A DNA stretch of 63,991 nucleotides, counting the filler, from an uncultured bacterium (GTDB lineage: Bacteria; Hinthialibacterota; Hinthialibacteria; Hinthialibacterales; Hinthialibacteraceae), in the NCBI GenBank assembly GCA_964449065.1. It is 10 parts of 10 records of this genome, joined end to end, with 100 filler letters (N's around TTAATTAATTAA, not from the genome) between each part and the next. Parts side by side here need not be neighbours in the genome. Positions count along the whole stretch, not along the records: positions 45,385 to 51,625 come from CAYVAZ010000310.1; positions 51,726 to 57,957 come from CAYVAZ010000311.1; positions 58,058 to 63,991 come from CAYVAZ010000324.1; 7 more parts are not named here. One strand, given 5' to 3'. Shown here piece after piece: positions 49,223 through 59,833 of the stretch. Position 1 is the first letter of the stretch, and every line of letters starts with the position of its first letter. The notes below the pieces were generated by a model. It was not told where the DNA came from, did not search any database, and saw only the letters and a program-made list of their open reading frames with translations. The translations under genes and the position numbers were made by a program.

Positions 49223-50452
49223 TTAAACGGTTGATTCATTCTTCCGCACACTTTCTGTTTTGGCTTTTGATTCCTCTAATAAAGGCACTTCATCCGCTGC
49301 TACCGGCAGGGTTAAAATCATCTGTGTACCAATCCCCGGCTGGCTGCGGGCTTTGATTGTGCCCTGATGTTCGCGTACAATCCGGTCCACGATCATCAAA
49401 CCCAATCCGGTCCCTTTCGCCTTATTGGTAAAATACGGTTCAAAGATATGAGGAAGATCGTCTTCTTCAATCCCCTTCCCGGTATCTTGAAACAACAGGG
49501 TTACCCAATTTTCATCCCGCACCATGCGGATAATAATCTCATCGGATTTATCGCAGCGTTCCTCTTTTGTTTGGGTTTTGATCGCTTCCAAAGCGTTTTT
49601 CAAAATATTGATGAACACCTGCTCCATCTCACGCTTATCGGCTTTTATGTATCCCCAATTTCCCTCTTCATGCAGCACCACTTTAATGTTGTTTTGGCGA
49701 AATTCCGGTTCCAGCAGGTTTAACGTTTTGGCTAAGAGTTCATATAAATCGCACAATTTGTAGTTGGGTTGTGACGGCTTCACTGCTGAAAGGAACATTT
49801 CAATCACATCATTCAAACGCTGAATCTCACCTTCAAACAAATTGAACACTTTTTTGGTGCTCGCATCCATCCCATCTTTTTTGGTGAGATGCCGCTTCAA
49901 CAGCTGCAAATGAATGGAGAGCGAGTTCAGCGGGTTGCGGATTTCATGCGACATCCCCGCGCTCATGGTCGTCAATGCCGCCAGTTTTTCCGTCTCGCGC
50001 AGTTTTTGATCCCGCCGGATATTTTCGGTTTCATCCGTAAACAAAAACAACGTGCCATAGCGGGTAACTTCCCGCTGCAATGGAATCATACTGATGCGCA
50101 AAAAACGCTTTTCATCGCCCATCCGCATGGTATACGATTGCGAAAATTTCGCCTCATTGCTTTCAATCCCCAATTGGCAAAATTCCTGCAGGGGGTCATT
50201 ATCCAATACCGTATCCAAGGGGCTTTCCGGCGTGGTGGGGCCGTCCCCCAAATTCAAAATCATCCGCGCGGCAGGATTGATATAGTTGACCAAATCGAAT
50301 TCATCGGTCACGATCAATCCTTCTTTCATGCTGTCGAATATCAGCATCAGCAAATCGCGTTCATGCGCGATTTCCGCCATGTAATCGACAATTTGCTCTT
50401 TATCAATCTTTTCCGCCCGGTCTAGCAGGCGGCTTAAAAATCCACTCTTCAT
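49223..50452 (-). CDS. PAS-domain sensor histidine kinase
   Basis: PAS-like N-terminus, HEIRNPL H-box, NILKNA, DTGKGI, GTGLGL. Confidence 0.93.
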   Translation of the reverse strand: MKSGFLSRLLDRAEKIDKEQIVDYMAEIAHERDLLMLIFDSMKEGLIVTDEFDLVNYINPAARMILNLGDGPTTPESPLDTVLDNDPLQEFCQLGIESNEAKFSQSYTMRMGDEKRFLRISMIPLQREVTRYGTLFLFTDETENIRRDQKLRETEKLAALTTMSAGMSHEIRNPLNSLSIHLQLLKRHLTKKDGMDASTKKVFNLFEGEIQRLNDVIEMFLSAVKPSQPNYKLCDLYELLAKTLNLLEPEFRQNNIKVVLHEEGNWGYIKADKREMEQVFINILKNALEAIKTQTKEERCDKSDEIIIRMVRDENWVTLLFQDTGKGIEEDDLPHIFEPYFTNKAKGTGLGLMIVDRIVREHQGTIKARSQPGIGTQMILTLPVAADEVPLLEESKAKTESVRKNESTV

Positions 50453-50539
50453 CGCTTGAATATACCTTTTGCAATCGGCATTACCAAGTATTATTGTGGC
50501 AACAAAAATATCTTCAACTCATTGATATAATTGATATAC

Positions 50540-51502
50540 ATGGAACCAACACTCAACGCAATCGTAGTCGGCGTAGGCTCGCTGGGAAAACAGCACGCCC
50601 GCATCTATGCCGAAAATTCCAAAACCAACTTATTGGCCGTGCTGGATTCCAATACATCCACCCGAAACGAAATCGCCAAACAGTGGAACACCCGCCCCTG
50701 TGCTTCGATCGATGAAATTGAAGAGCCAATTCATCTCGCCAGTGTAGTCGTGCCGACCGTCGCGCATTATCGCGTTGCATCGCAATTGCTGGAACGGGGT
50801 GTTCCCGTTTTGGTGGAAAAACCCATCACCATGACGGTCGAAGAAGGCAACGCCCTCATCGATTTAGCCAAGAAGAAGAATCTGGTTCTGCAAGTCGGGC
50901 ACATCGAACGCTTCAATCCAGCCGTATTAAAATTGAGCGATCACTTAAAAGGTCCTTTATTCATAGAATCACACCGCCTCGGTCCTCCAGCGGAGCGCGT
51001 GAAAGACATCGGGGTTGTATTAGACCTCATGATCCACGATCTTGATTTAATTCTATCGCTGGTCAATTCAAAAATTGAATCGCTGGAAGCGGTCGGTGTC
51101 CCCATCGTTACTCAACGTGAAGATATTGCCAATGCCCGCCTGCGGTTTGAATCCGGCTGTATCGCCAACTTAACCGTTAGCCGGGTTTCCCCCGAACGCC
51201 AGCGCAAAATCCGTTTCTTCCAAAAAGACACCTATATCTCACTTGATTTCATCAAGCCGGAACTGCAAGTCTACAAAAAGAAAACCATGCTGGGCATCCC
51301 CTCCATCGATCACAGCGTCCCCGATCTCACCATGCGCGAACCGCTTGCCGCCGAAATCGACTCCTTCATCGATTGCGTCTTGCACAACAAAAAGCCGGTC
51401 GTCAGCGGAGAAGACGGCGTCGAAGCCCTCCACTGGGCTGAAACCATCACCAAGCAGGTGCACGAAGTCACGGCAAAACTCAAGAAGTCGAATCTGTATT
51501 GA
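50540..51502 (+). CDS. Gfo/Idh/MocA oxidoreductase (GnnA-like UDP-GlcNAc 3-dehydrogenase)
   Basis: GVGSLG..HAR, VEKP, VGHIERFNP, VVLDLMIHD. Confidence 0.9.
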   Translation: MEPTLNAIVVGVGSLGKQHARIYAENSKTNLLAVLDSNTSTRNEIAKQWNTRPCASIDEIEEPIHLASVVVPTVAHYRVASQLLERGVPVLVEKPITMTVEEGNALIDLAKKKNLVLQVGHIERFNPAVLKLSDHLKGPLFIESHRLGPPAERVKDIGVVLDLMIHDLDLILSLVNSKIESLEAVGVPIVTQREDIANARLRFESGCIANLTVSRVSPERQRKIRFFQKDTYISLDFIKPELQVYKKKTMLGIPSIDHSVPDLTMREPLAAEIDSFIDCVLHNKKPVVSGEDGVEALHWAETITKQVHEVTAKLKKSNLY

Positions 51503-51572
51503 TTATGTTACCGCGAATGAACGCAAATACACACGAATTAAAACTTGCAATTCGTCTAATCATATGCATAAT

Positions 51573-51625
51573 TAACTGATGTTACGCAATCCATGATTGA
51601 CGATTGCTTGAAAAATGGTTTTTGT
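51573..51625. mobile_element. MITE family 2 end at a contig break
   Basis: TAACTGATGTTACGCAATCC..., matches 25984-26034. Confidence 0.7.
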
Positions 51626-51725
51626 NNNNNNNNNNNNNNNNNNNNNNNNNNNNNNNNNNNNNNNNNNNNTTAATTAATTAANNNNNNNNNNNNNNNNNNN
51701 NNNNNNNNNNNNNNNNNNNNNNNNN

Positions 51726-51929
51726 ATGACGGACACATCGCCAAGGACACCCTGTTCGGACCGGAGCGCTGTCAAGCGCGTGCCATTGATTGGGACCAAA
51801 GCGACCGCGGACTTTCATCAAGGCGCGCAGCCACCGTGCTGCATTCCAGACGCCGTATACATGGCCGCAACCGAAATCATGCCGGAGTCTACCGAAAAGC
51901 CGTTGCCCAGCGGGAGCCATCCATACACG
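51726..51929 (+). mobile_element. Possible 3' non-coding end of an IS110/IS1111-type element
   Basis: Non-coding tract ending GGGAGCCATCCATACACG, which resembles IS1111-group right ends from memory; it replaces the expected upstream IS3 sequence. Confidence 0.35.
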
Positions 51930-51951
51930 GTCCGAGCGACAATGGCGAGCG

Positions 51952-52387
51952 GACGTCGGCTTCTGTATCGAGGCCGTCGAAAAAGCCATCGCCCGGTATG
52001 GCTGCCCCGAGATCTTCAATAGCGATCAGGGAAGCCAGTTCACATCATTGGCGTTCACCGAGATCCTGAAAGACAGGAAGATCGCGATCAGTATGGACGG
52101 CAAGGGCGCATGGCGGGACAACGTCTTTGTCGAGCGGCTCTGGCGGTCAATCAAGTACGAAGAGATCTACCTGAAGGCTTATGCCAGCGTGCCGGAGGCT
52201 CGAGCCGGGATCGGCCGATACATCGGCTTCTACGATGCAAGGCGGCCACACTCGTCGCTTGACCGGCAGACGCCGGATCAGGCCTACTTCAACGCGCTGC
52301 AACCAATCCCGGTTGCGGCTTAACCCCAAGGGCAGAAATCCACTTATAGAGCGACCGAAATCTGTTCAGACAAACCGAGCCACCTCT
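51952..52387 (+). mobile_element. IS3-family transposase OrfB C-terminus (stop 52323) and right IR
   Basis: PEIFNSDQGSQFTS, SMDGKGAWRDNVFVERLWRSIKYE, RPHSSL; end CTGTTCAGACAAACCGAGCCACCTCT. Confidence 0.9.
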
Positions 52388-53053
52388 ATCCTTCTGTGGC
52401 AGCATCCGCGTCTGCCACCAATCCCTGTATTCTGTCGCGATATCGCGCGTGATGTCTGTGAGCGGGATATCGCCCATCTGTTCTAAGAAATAGTCGATGG
52501 ACGTGCGCTTGGTCTTCTCCCAGGCGTACCGCTGGGCCTCGGATTTGTTGTACTGGTCGTCGAAAGCGATCTTCGAGACATAGAGTTCGAAGGCTTCTGA
52601 CACCGTGGTCTTGTCGACGGGCTCGGGCACGCCGCCAAGCAGGGCTTCCGCCTTGGCTTCGGTTGGCGCCTTGCCAAGATCAGTGGCTTTGAGCCGTGCC
52701 ACAATCTCTTCGATGTCGGGCAGCGCGGCGATTTCTTCGACAGGGCGATAGACGAAGCCCTGAGACAAGGCACGGGAGACGGCCGCACGGTAACGGTGAT
52801 CCGCCGCTTTCCAGACACTGCGCTGAGAGTCTCCTCCGACAAATTCCAGCGCCCTGGCATTCCAGAGGGCAGCATCCGCCTCCGCCAGCGCATCCCGGCG
52901 CATCATGGCCACTTCAAGGGACTGTGTTCGCAGAGCGATCCGAATGAGATCACGTTCATCGACACATGTGAAGCGCGCAGGGACCCGTCGCTGATAGTGC
53001 CACCAGCCGCCCCGTTCCTTCAGATATTTTGATCCGCAACCTGCATGTCTCAT
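52388..53053 (-). pseudogene. Integrase N-terminal part (DUF6538-like arm plus core-binding domain) truncated by IS3
   Basis: YL..RGGWWHYQRRVP...IRIALRT, TVSEAFELY; the frame runs into the IS3 IR at 52387; lies just 3' of tRNA-Asp. Confidence 0.8.
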
Positions 53054-53181
53054 CGCGATTTGTAGTGCAAAAAGTATGAAAACTGTAGTGCAACAAGCGG
53101 CGTCGAACCCCTCTCCGGTCACCCCGGAGAGGTAAAGTTCAATAATTTCAGGGACTTGCGCGGAGACCATTCCGAAAGAAA

Positions 53182-53258
53182 TGGCGCGAGTGACGGGGCT
53201 CGAACCCGCGACCCCCGGCGTGACAGGCCGGTACTCTAACCAACTGAGCTACACCCGC
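53182..53258 (-). tRNA. tRNA-Asp (GTC)
   Basis: GCGGGTGTAGCTCAGTTGGTTAGAGTACCGGCCTGTCACGCCGGGGGTCGCGGGTTCGAGCCCCGTCACTCGCGCCA. Confidence 0.97.
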
Positions 53259-53349
53259 GCATGGGTCTCCGTTCAGAGACGCGTTGAATATGGGCTCTGA
53301 GGGTGGCGGTCAAGCCTGTTGTCATGCCGCACCTGTGGAAATTTTCGCC

Positions 53350-55764
53350 TCAGCCAGATGCCTTGAGCCCACGACGGCGTTGGCGCGTTGCCGGAACATT
53401 GCTCGCCTCGCCCTGATGCATGGCGTGCACGGTGGCACCTGGCAGGATCTCCTCGGGGCTGAGATCGGCAAAGCGCGCCATCTCATCAATCGGGATCGCC
53501 TTGGAAATCAGCCAGCCCTGCAGCGTGTCGACGCCGTGATCGGCGAGGAATTGACGCTGGAACTCGGTTTCGACACCCTCCGCCGTGACCTTCATGCGCA
53601 GCGACTTGGCGAGCCCAATCGTGGCTTCGGTGATTGCGCGCGAATCGGCGCTGTCCTCAAGACCGCGCACAAAGCTCTGGTCGATCTTGATCTTGTCGAA
53701 GGGGAAGGCCCGCAAATAGCTGAGCGAGGAATAGCCGGTGCCGAAATCGTCAAGCGCGATGCGCACGCCGAGTTCCTTGATCTTGTGCAGGCGCTCCAGG
53801 GTAAACTCTGTATCGGTCATGAGCACCGATTCGGTGATTTCGAGCTCCAGCCGTTCCGCCGACACCCCGGTCTGGGCGAGCGCATTGATGATGGTCGCGA
53901 TCAGGTTCGAGGAGTGTATCTGCAGCGGCGACATGTTGACTGCCACGGAAACCTTCTCGGGAAGCCGACGGGCATCACGCAGCGAGGCGCGGATCGCCCA
54001 TTCACCCAGCTGTCCGATCAGACCCATATCTTCGGCATGGGTGATGAACGCCCCGGGCATGACAAGGCCCCGGCGCGGATGGTTCCAGCGGATGAGCGCC
54101 TCGCAAGAGACAAGCTCGCCCGTCGCCGCAGCAATCTGCGGCTGGAAGTGCACGATGATCTCCTCGCGTGCGAGTGCGGTCTGCAAGTCATCCTCGATTT
54201 CGCGGCGCTCTCGTGCCCGGCTTTCAAGCTTGTCGGTGAAGGCTTCCCAGCGTGAGCGCCCCTTGTCCTTGGCCTGATAGAGCGCAAGGTCGGCATGCTT
54301 CATCATCTGGTCGGCATCATCGGTGGACGCATTCACGAGGCGGAGACCGGCGCTGATGCTGCAGAGCACGGTCGAGCCCCAGAGTTCATAGGGCGTCGCC
54401 ATTTCGGCGATCAGCCGGTCGAGCCAGGCCTCCATCTCCGCCATATCGGCGCGCCGGGCGAGCACGGCGAACTCATCGCCACCGAGTCTCGCGATCAGAT
54501 CATCTTCGACACAAAGGCCAGACACCCGCTCAGCGACCTTTTGCAGAAGCGCGTCCCCTGCAGGATGGCCGAGCGTATCATTGACCCATTTGAAATTGTC
54601 GAGATCGAACAGAATGAGCGCAAAAATCCCCTCATCGGACTGATCGGCAATCTCCTCCGAGAGCCGCTTGAGCAGCGTCATGCGGTTCGGCAGACCGGTC
54701 AGGCCGTCATAATGCGCCATGTAGGCGATGCGGGATTCGTGTTCCTTGGTGCGGGTGACATCGCTCGCCACGCCGCGGAAGCCTGTGAAGCGGCCTTCTT
54801 CATAGACCGGCTTCCCGGTCAGCGACCACCAGACCGGCGCATTGCCAGCCCCGACATTAAGGGTGAGGACGAGGTCGCGGAAGGGCTGATGGCGCTGGAT
54901 GGAGCGCTCCAGCACGGTCCGCGCCTCGGACGGATGGAAAAGCTCGGCAATATGTCGCCCCGCAAAACGCGCTTCGTCCGGCCCTCTCAGACCGACAATC
55001 TCGATGGTGCCCTTGCGGATGCGCGCCTCCTCATCGGTCTGCCACAGCCAGTCTGACGTGCTCTCGCCGAAATCGCGCAGGAGAATGCCGATGACCTGGC
55101 CCTGATCCTTGAGCGCGACCCGGGAGCGCAGCTCTTCGAGAAAAACCCTGTGAGCCAGGTGGATACAGAAGACGACGACGGCAGCGTGCACAATGGTGAC
55201 GATTGAGAGAAGATCGTTGCGCGCGTCCTGGCCGAGCTGCAGCGAGACCACGATGCCGATCGCGACCGGCCAGACGAAAGACGAGGCCACACGCGGCACG
55301 CGCGAAAGCATGAAGCCACCGACAAAGATCGTGCCGGCGAGGATCACACCAAGGGTACGGTGGCCCATCGGGTCGGTGAAGGGTGTGAGCACGACCGGCA
55401 GCGCGCCCCAGACAATGCCGAGCGCCAGCACAGCCGTCGCGAGTGCTTCATTGTGCTCATCGGTGAAAGGGCGCGTGTCCGGCCATTTGCGCAGGTAACG
55501 GTAGCCGAACATGAGCAGGCCCGTCGCCAAGGCCACCACCGTGCCCCACAGGCTGAGAAGGCTCTGGGTGCCCTCGCCCCAGAAAGACAGCATGACCACG
55601 CCGGAGGTGATCAGCTGCGCAAAAAGAAAGAGCGGTGCGATTGTCGCCAGCGCGGCCAGCTGTTCGGATTTGGCGAGACGTTCCTCGGCCTCGTTCATGT
55701 CCGGCTTGCTGAGCAGCTGTGTCAGTGACCAGTCCTTGCCGACTGCAAGATTTTCCGTCGCCAT
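53350..55764 (-). CDS. Membrane PAS-GGDEF-EAL diguanylate cyclase/phosphodiesterase
   Basis: About 5-6 N-terminal TM helices, SDWLWQTD PAS, RLGGDEF, EALIRW, LEITES, DDFGTGYSSL. Confidence 0.95.
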   Translation of the reverse strand: MATENLAVGKDWSLTQLLSKPDMNEAEERLAKSEQLAALATIAPLFLFAQLITSGVVMLSFWGEGTQSLLSLWGTVVALATGLLMFGYRYLRKWPDTRPFTDEHNEALATAVLALGIVWGALPVVLTPFTDPMGHRTLGVILAGTIFVGGFMLSRVPRVASSFVWPVAIGIVVSLQLGQDARNDLLSIVTIVHAAVVVFCIHLAHRVFLEELRSRVALKDQGQVIGILLRDFGESTSDWLWQTDEEARIRKGTIEIVGLRGPDEARFAGRHIAELFHPSEARTVLERSIQRHQPFRDLVLTLNVGAGNAPVWWSLTGKPVYEEGRFTGFRGVASDVTRTKEHESRIAYMAHYDGLTGLPNRMTLLKRLSEEIADQSDEGIFALILFDLDNFKWVNDTLGHPAGDALLQKVAERVSGLCVEDDLIARLGGDEFAVLARRADMAEMEAWLDRLIAEMATPYELWGSTVLCSISAGLRLVNASTDDADQMMKHADLALYQAKDKGRSRWEAFTDKLESRARERREIEDDLQTALAREEIIVHFQPQIAAATGELVSCEALIRWNHPRRGLVMPGAFITHAEDMGLIGQLGEWAIRASLRDARRLPEKVSVAVNMSPLQIHSSNLIATIINALAQTGVSAERLELEITESVLMTDTEFTLERLHKIKELGVRIALDDFGTGYSSLSYLRAFPFDKIKIDQSFVRGLEDSADSRAITEATIGLAKSLRMKVTAEGVETEFQRQFLADHGVDTLQGWLISKAIPIDEMARFADLSPEEILPGATVHAMHQGEASNVPATRQRRRGLKASG

Positions 55765-55934
55765 CGCCCCTTGCCGCCCATTGCAGTTCTCAATCAGCAG
55801 ACGTCTAACAGGCCGTAGTGCCCATTCCTTTTAGCGGGGATGTGAAGTTTGCAGGCAGGCGTTAACCTTGCGAACACGGTTCCGTAACCAGCAGACGAAC
55901 CGGACGGTGGGGGCACCAGCAGTTGGCGAGAAAA

Positions 55935-56012
55935 TGGTCGGAACGGTAGGATTCGAACCCACGACCCCCGGTCCCCCAGACCGGTGCGCTAACCGGGCTG
56001 CGCCACGTTCCG
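55935..56012 (-). tRNA. tRNA-Pro (GGG)
   Basis: CGGAACGTGGCGCAGCCCGGTTAGCGCACCGGTCTGGGGGACCGGGGGTCGTGGGTTCGAATCCTACCGTTCCGACCA. Confidence 0.95.
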
Positions 56013-56080
56013 CCAAGCGTGCCTTATAGCCATGCCGGCACCGGCGACGCAAGCATGGCCATGAGAAAAGAAAGTCCCGG

Positions 56081-56572
56081 TCAGGCGGCGCGGCGTTCTC
56101 TAAGGGCGTCGAGGCGGCGCTTGATGTCGGTCATGTCCGCGAGCACGTCCTCAAGTCGCTTGCGCGACGCCTCCGAAGCGATGATCGGGGCGTCCTCGGC
56201 ATCAAAGGCCTCGCGCACACGCGATTGCAGCTCGCGAGCCGGACTGTCGGCGAAGTTCGTCGGCTCAGGACTTGCGGAAAGTCTTGCCTTGCCGCCAAGA
56301 ACCGCTTCCACGCCCTGCTCGGTGAGGAGCTTCTGAGCCCCCTTGATGGTCAGCCCCTGCTCATGGACAAGCATCTGGATGGCACGAAGCACATCCATGT
56401 CCTCAGGGCGGTAGAAACGCCGACCGTCGCGGCGCTTCACCGGCGACAGTTCGGCGAATTTGGTTTCCCAGAAGCGCAGCACATGCGTTGGAAGCCCGAT
56501 CTCGGCGGCCGCCTCCCCGATGGAACGGAAGGCAGTGGCGGCTTTCTCGGTCTTGGCGGCTTCGGTCTGCAT
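56081..56572 (-). CDS. MerR-family transcriptional regulator
   Basis: AFRSIGEAA...HVLRFWETKF..L.PVKR..GRRFYRPED, GLTIKGAQ; conserved position after ihfA. Confidence 0.93.
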   Translation of the reverse strand: MQTEAAKTEKAATAFRSIGEAAAEIGLPTHVLRFWETKFAELSPVKRRDGRRFYRPEDMDVLRAIQMLVHEQGLTIKGAQKLLTEQGVEAVLGGKARLSASPEPTNFADSPARELQSRVREAFDAEDAPIIASEASRKRLEDVLADMTDIKRRLDALRERRAA

Positions 56573-56591
56573 GCGCTTGTCTCCTGAAGGG

Positions 56592-56903
56592 TCACTCCGC
56601 GCCGCTGTCGTTCACACTGTCCTTCAGCATCGGGGATGGCCGGAAGGTGATCACGCGGCGTGCGGAAATTTCGGCGTCTTCGCCAGTCTTGGGATTCCGG
56701 CCGACCCGCGGGTTCTTCTCCAGCGGGACAAAATTGCCGAAACGGGCAAGCTTCACGGTGTTGCCCTTGGAGAGATCGGCGCTGATCAGTTCCAGCACGC
56801 GTTCGAGCACGTCGGAGGATTCCTGACGTGTGAGACCAATCCGCTCGACAAGCCGGTCAGCGATTTCAGCGCGTGTCAATGTTGTTGCAATCTTTCTGGT
56901 CAC
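56592..56903 (-). CDS. ihfA: Integration host factor subunit alpha
   Basis: TLTRAEIA, VKLARFGNF, RVGRNPKTG, ISARRVITFRPS; GTG start at 56903 after GGAG. Confidence 0.93.
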   Translation of the reverse strand: MTRKIATTLTRAEIADRLVERIGLTRQESSDVLERVLELISADLSKGNTVKLARFGNFVPLEKNPRVGRNPKTGEDAEISARRVITFRPSPMLKDSVNDSGAE

Positions 56904-56955
56904 GAGCCCCGTCTCCGTTGTGGTTAATAATACGCCGCGATCTCTTAACGAAACC

Positions 56956-57924
56956 CTACATACGGAAGAGTGACGCACCCCACGAGAATCCACCACCCAT
57001 GGCCTCGATCAAGACGAGTTGACCTTTCCGGATGCGTCCGTCAGCTGCCGCCTCGCTCAGCGCAAGCGGAATGGACGCCGCTGAGGTGTTGCCGTGCCTT
57101 GCGACCGTCGAGACCACCTTGCTCTCATCAAGACCAAGGCGCTTCGCCACGCCTTCGAGAATCCGCTGATTGGCCTGGTGCGGCACAAACCAGTCTATGT
57201 CGTCCATATCCAGGCCCGACGCATCGATGACATTGCGCACGGCAGAGGAAATGTTCTGCACCGCATGCTTGAAGACCTGATTGCCGATCATGCGGACATG
57301 GCCGACGGTCTGCGTCGTGGACGGGCCACCATCGACATAGAGCAGTTCCTTCTGTCGGCCGTCAGTGCGGATCTCGTGCGCGATCACACCGTCATCGGCA
57401 CCACCCTCTCCGGCCTGAAGCACGACCGCCCCGCCGCCATCGCCGAACAGCACACAGGTCGTGCGGTCGCTCCAGTCGAGAATGCGCGAGAAAGTCTCCG
57501 CACCAATGACGATCACCGTGTCCGCCTGTCCCGCCTTGATCAGTGCGTCAGCCGTGCTCAGCGCAAAGACAAAGCCGGAGCAGACGGCCTGAATGTCGAA
57601 GCCTGCGCCCCGTGTCATGCCGAGTTTTGCCTGCACCTGGGTGGCTGTGGCCGGGAAGGTATGGTCCGGCGTCGTGGTGGCGACGATGATCAGATCGACC
57701 GCGTCGACAGCGATGTCGGCATTCTGAAGCGCCGCGCGCGCCGCATGCGTGGCGATGTCTGAGGTAAACTCGCCTTCCGCCGCGATGTGGCGCTGGCGGA
57801 TGCCGCTGCGCGAGCTGATCCATTCGTCAGATGTGTCGACCAGTATCGACATTTCCTGATTGGTCATGATGCGCTGGGGCAGATAGGCGCCGACGCCGCG
57901 CACGAAACTCTTGCGGTTGTTCAC
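56956..57924 (-). CDS. fabH: 3-oxoacyl-ACP synthase III
   Basis: [42 protein letters not shown]. Confidence 0.97.
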   Translation of the reverse strand: MNNRKSFVRGVGAYLPQRIMTNQEMSILVDTSDEWISSRSGIRQRHIAAEGEFTSDIATHAARAALQNADIAVDAVDLIIVATTTPDHTFPATATQVQAKLGMTRGAGFDIQAVCSGFVFALSTADALIKAGQADTVIVIGAETFSRILDWSDRTTCVLFGDGGGAVVLQAGEGGADDGVIAHEIRTDGRQKELLYVDGGPSTTQTVGHVRMIGNQVFKHAVQNISSAVRNVIDASGLDMDDIDWFVPHQANQRILEGVAKRLGLDESKVVSTVARHGNTSAASIPLALSEAAADGRIRKGQLVLIEAMGGGFSWGASLFRM

Positions 57925-57957
57925 GCCAGGTCTTCCTGTGGTGTAGGTTCGCCAGCC
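57921..57957 (-). CDS. 3' tail of the upstream gene, probably plsX
   Basis: Short open frame [11 protein letters not shown] with a GTGA overlap on fabH; identity rests on synteny only. Confidence 0.4.
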
Positions 57958-58057
57958 NNNNNNNNNNNNNNNNNNNNNNNNNNNNNNNNNNNNNNNNNNN
58001 NTTAATTAATTAANNNNNNNNNNNNNNNNNNNNNNNNNNNNNNNNNNNNNNNNNNNN

Positions 58058-59755
58058 AAGGCCGGTCAGGGCCGGCATTTTCCATTGCATCAAATCCGAA
58101 ACGAATGATGAAAGCGCAACCGGTTTCGCCATCCGTTTTAACGAAGGCAAATGAACATGAGGAATAATTCGGTTTCCCTGCTGAATCTCCCGCCCGGTTA
58201 CATTCTGCAAGGAGGCTATTGTACCCCACCGGTTCGGGTTAATATCTTCAGCCGACTGCAGCGAAGCCGCGGCATGAAGGTCCCACTCACGTAAACTGTA
58301 GGCAATATCATTCAATCCCAAGGCATGAAGTTCCTGAAAAAACAAGTCAGCGGACTCATACGCGTTCCCTTTGGCACCCCGTCTGGCGGCAACGGTATCC
58401 TTTGCAATATACGACCGGGTATCCGGGCTTTGCCATTGCTTTGCTTGTTGATTCCAAAGCATAAGGGATGAATAAGGGCCGCGCTGCTGCTTATAATACC
58501 ACCCTTTGTATCCCTGTTGATCAGAAAAATCCTTGATGGTGCTGTAGCGTTTATTATTCAACGTAAATTCAATATTGACGCCCAAATGCCCGCCTTGCAT
58601 CACTGCTAAAGAGGAAGTGACGAACCACAATTCATCCCCTTTTTCGACCGGAAAATTCCCTTCCAATCCGGAAACGGGTTTTTCCCCCGGATTTAAAAGT
58701 TGCGAAAACATCACAATCGGTTTTGTGCTGTTTACCCGTTTGATTCGAATTTCAAAATTACTCTGCATTCCATCAAGCAATGAAACCGTGCCCTTCAGGC
58801 GGACCTGGCCGGAAGCGGGTGCAAACCACTGACGCGATATTTCTTGCGGCAGATAAGGCCGCTGCGCCATCGGCAGGTCTCCCAAGTTCAGCATAAAATT
58901 TAGCGGCTTCTCTTTTTTGGAAGAAGGTACTTTGGGGATGACATCTTGCCAATCTTCACTCACCGTTAAATAAGACGTTAATTGCAGCGGCGGCAGCTTT
59001 CCATACAATCCTTCGATCAACCAGGCAGGCGTATTAGAAACCTGCGTGCTGCGGCGGCTGAAAATTTCAGCTGTTTCTTCATAGCGTGCTGTTGTGCTGA
59101 GGAATGGATCAACATACGAAGTTAAGTAGAGTGAATTAAAGGTTTGCAATACCGGCATGGGACTGCTGGAAAAATTCAGGATTTCCGCCAGCGGTGTGTA
59201 AGTCGATTCCCCGAAATCAAAGCCGATATAACCGGTGGTTGCGTTCGATACGGTATAAGATGAAGCACCGATAATCATCGTCTTTCCCTTGATGGAATAG
59301 GTGTAATCTTTGTAAAGAAGGCGGTCGCCCAGTGTCTCTTCAAATGAAAAAACGGCTTGATTATGTTCGACATAGTGGGTTACAAAGCGGCAGGCTCCGC
59401 TGACATTTAAATCGGTGGCGGAATAGATTTTCCCGCTGGCATCACGCACCAGCAACCCCGCGCGGCGAAGCGGTATAATGGTTCGCTGATCGTTTACCCG
59501 GGCACGAATACTGATCATGCCGTTTTCGATCAATGGATCATTGGTGCGAAGGCTGTATTCAATGGCATCGTGTTCATCCCGGTATTCAAACGTATACATT
59601 TGCTGGTTGGGATTGTAGAGCATGGAATTGTGTTCCGGCGAAAAATCACCGGTACCCTTTGGTTCCAAATTGATCTCACTCTTTGCCGTTACCGCCAGCA
59701 ACAATCCACCAAATAGCAACAAAAATCGATTAATTAATTTCACATCCAACCTCAT
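58058..59755 (-). CDS. Large exported hypothetical protein, 3' truncated
   Basis: Signal peptide MRLDVK...AVTAKS; beta-rich; module RQWFAPASGQV...DFSDQQGYKGWYY. Confidence 0.7.
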
Positions 59756-59833
59756 TGGGATTCTTTTGGGCCGTATTACAATAAAACGGTTAGCAAACAA
59801 AACGTGTAACAAGTACAATAACCCAATTCATTT

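Noticed and set aside
51484..51502. Gfo/Idh/MocA C-terminus ending NLY as a second sorting motif
   Set aside because: It is a cytoplasmic enzyme with no Trp in the motif, so the match is coincidental.
53284..55056. Long plus-strand ORFs (323 aa and 253 aa)
   Set aside because: They are antisense shadows of the GC-rich GGDEF-EAL gene. The same applies to most short overlapping ORFs in the track.
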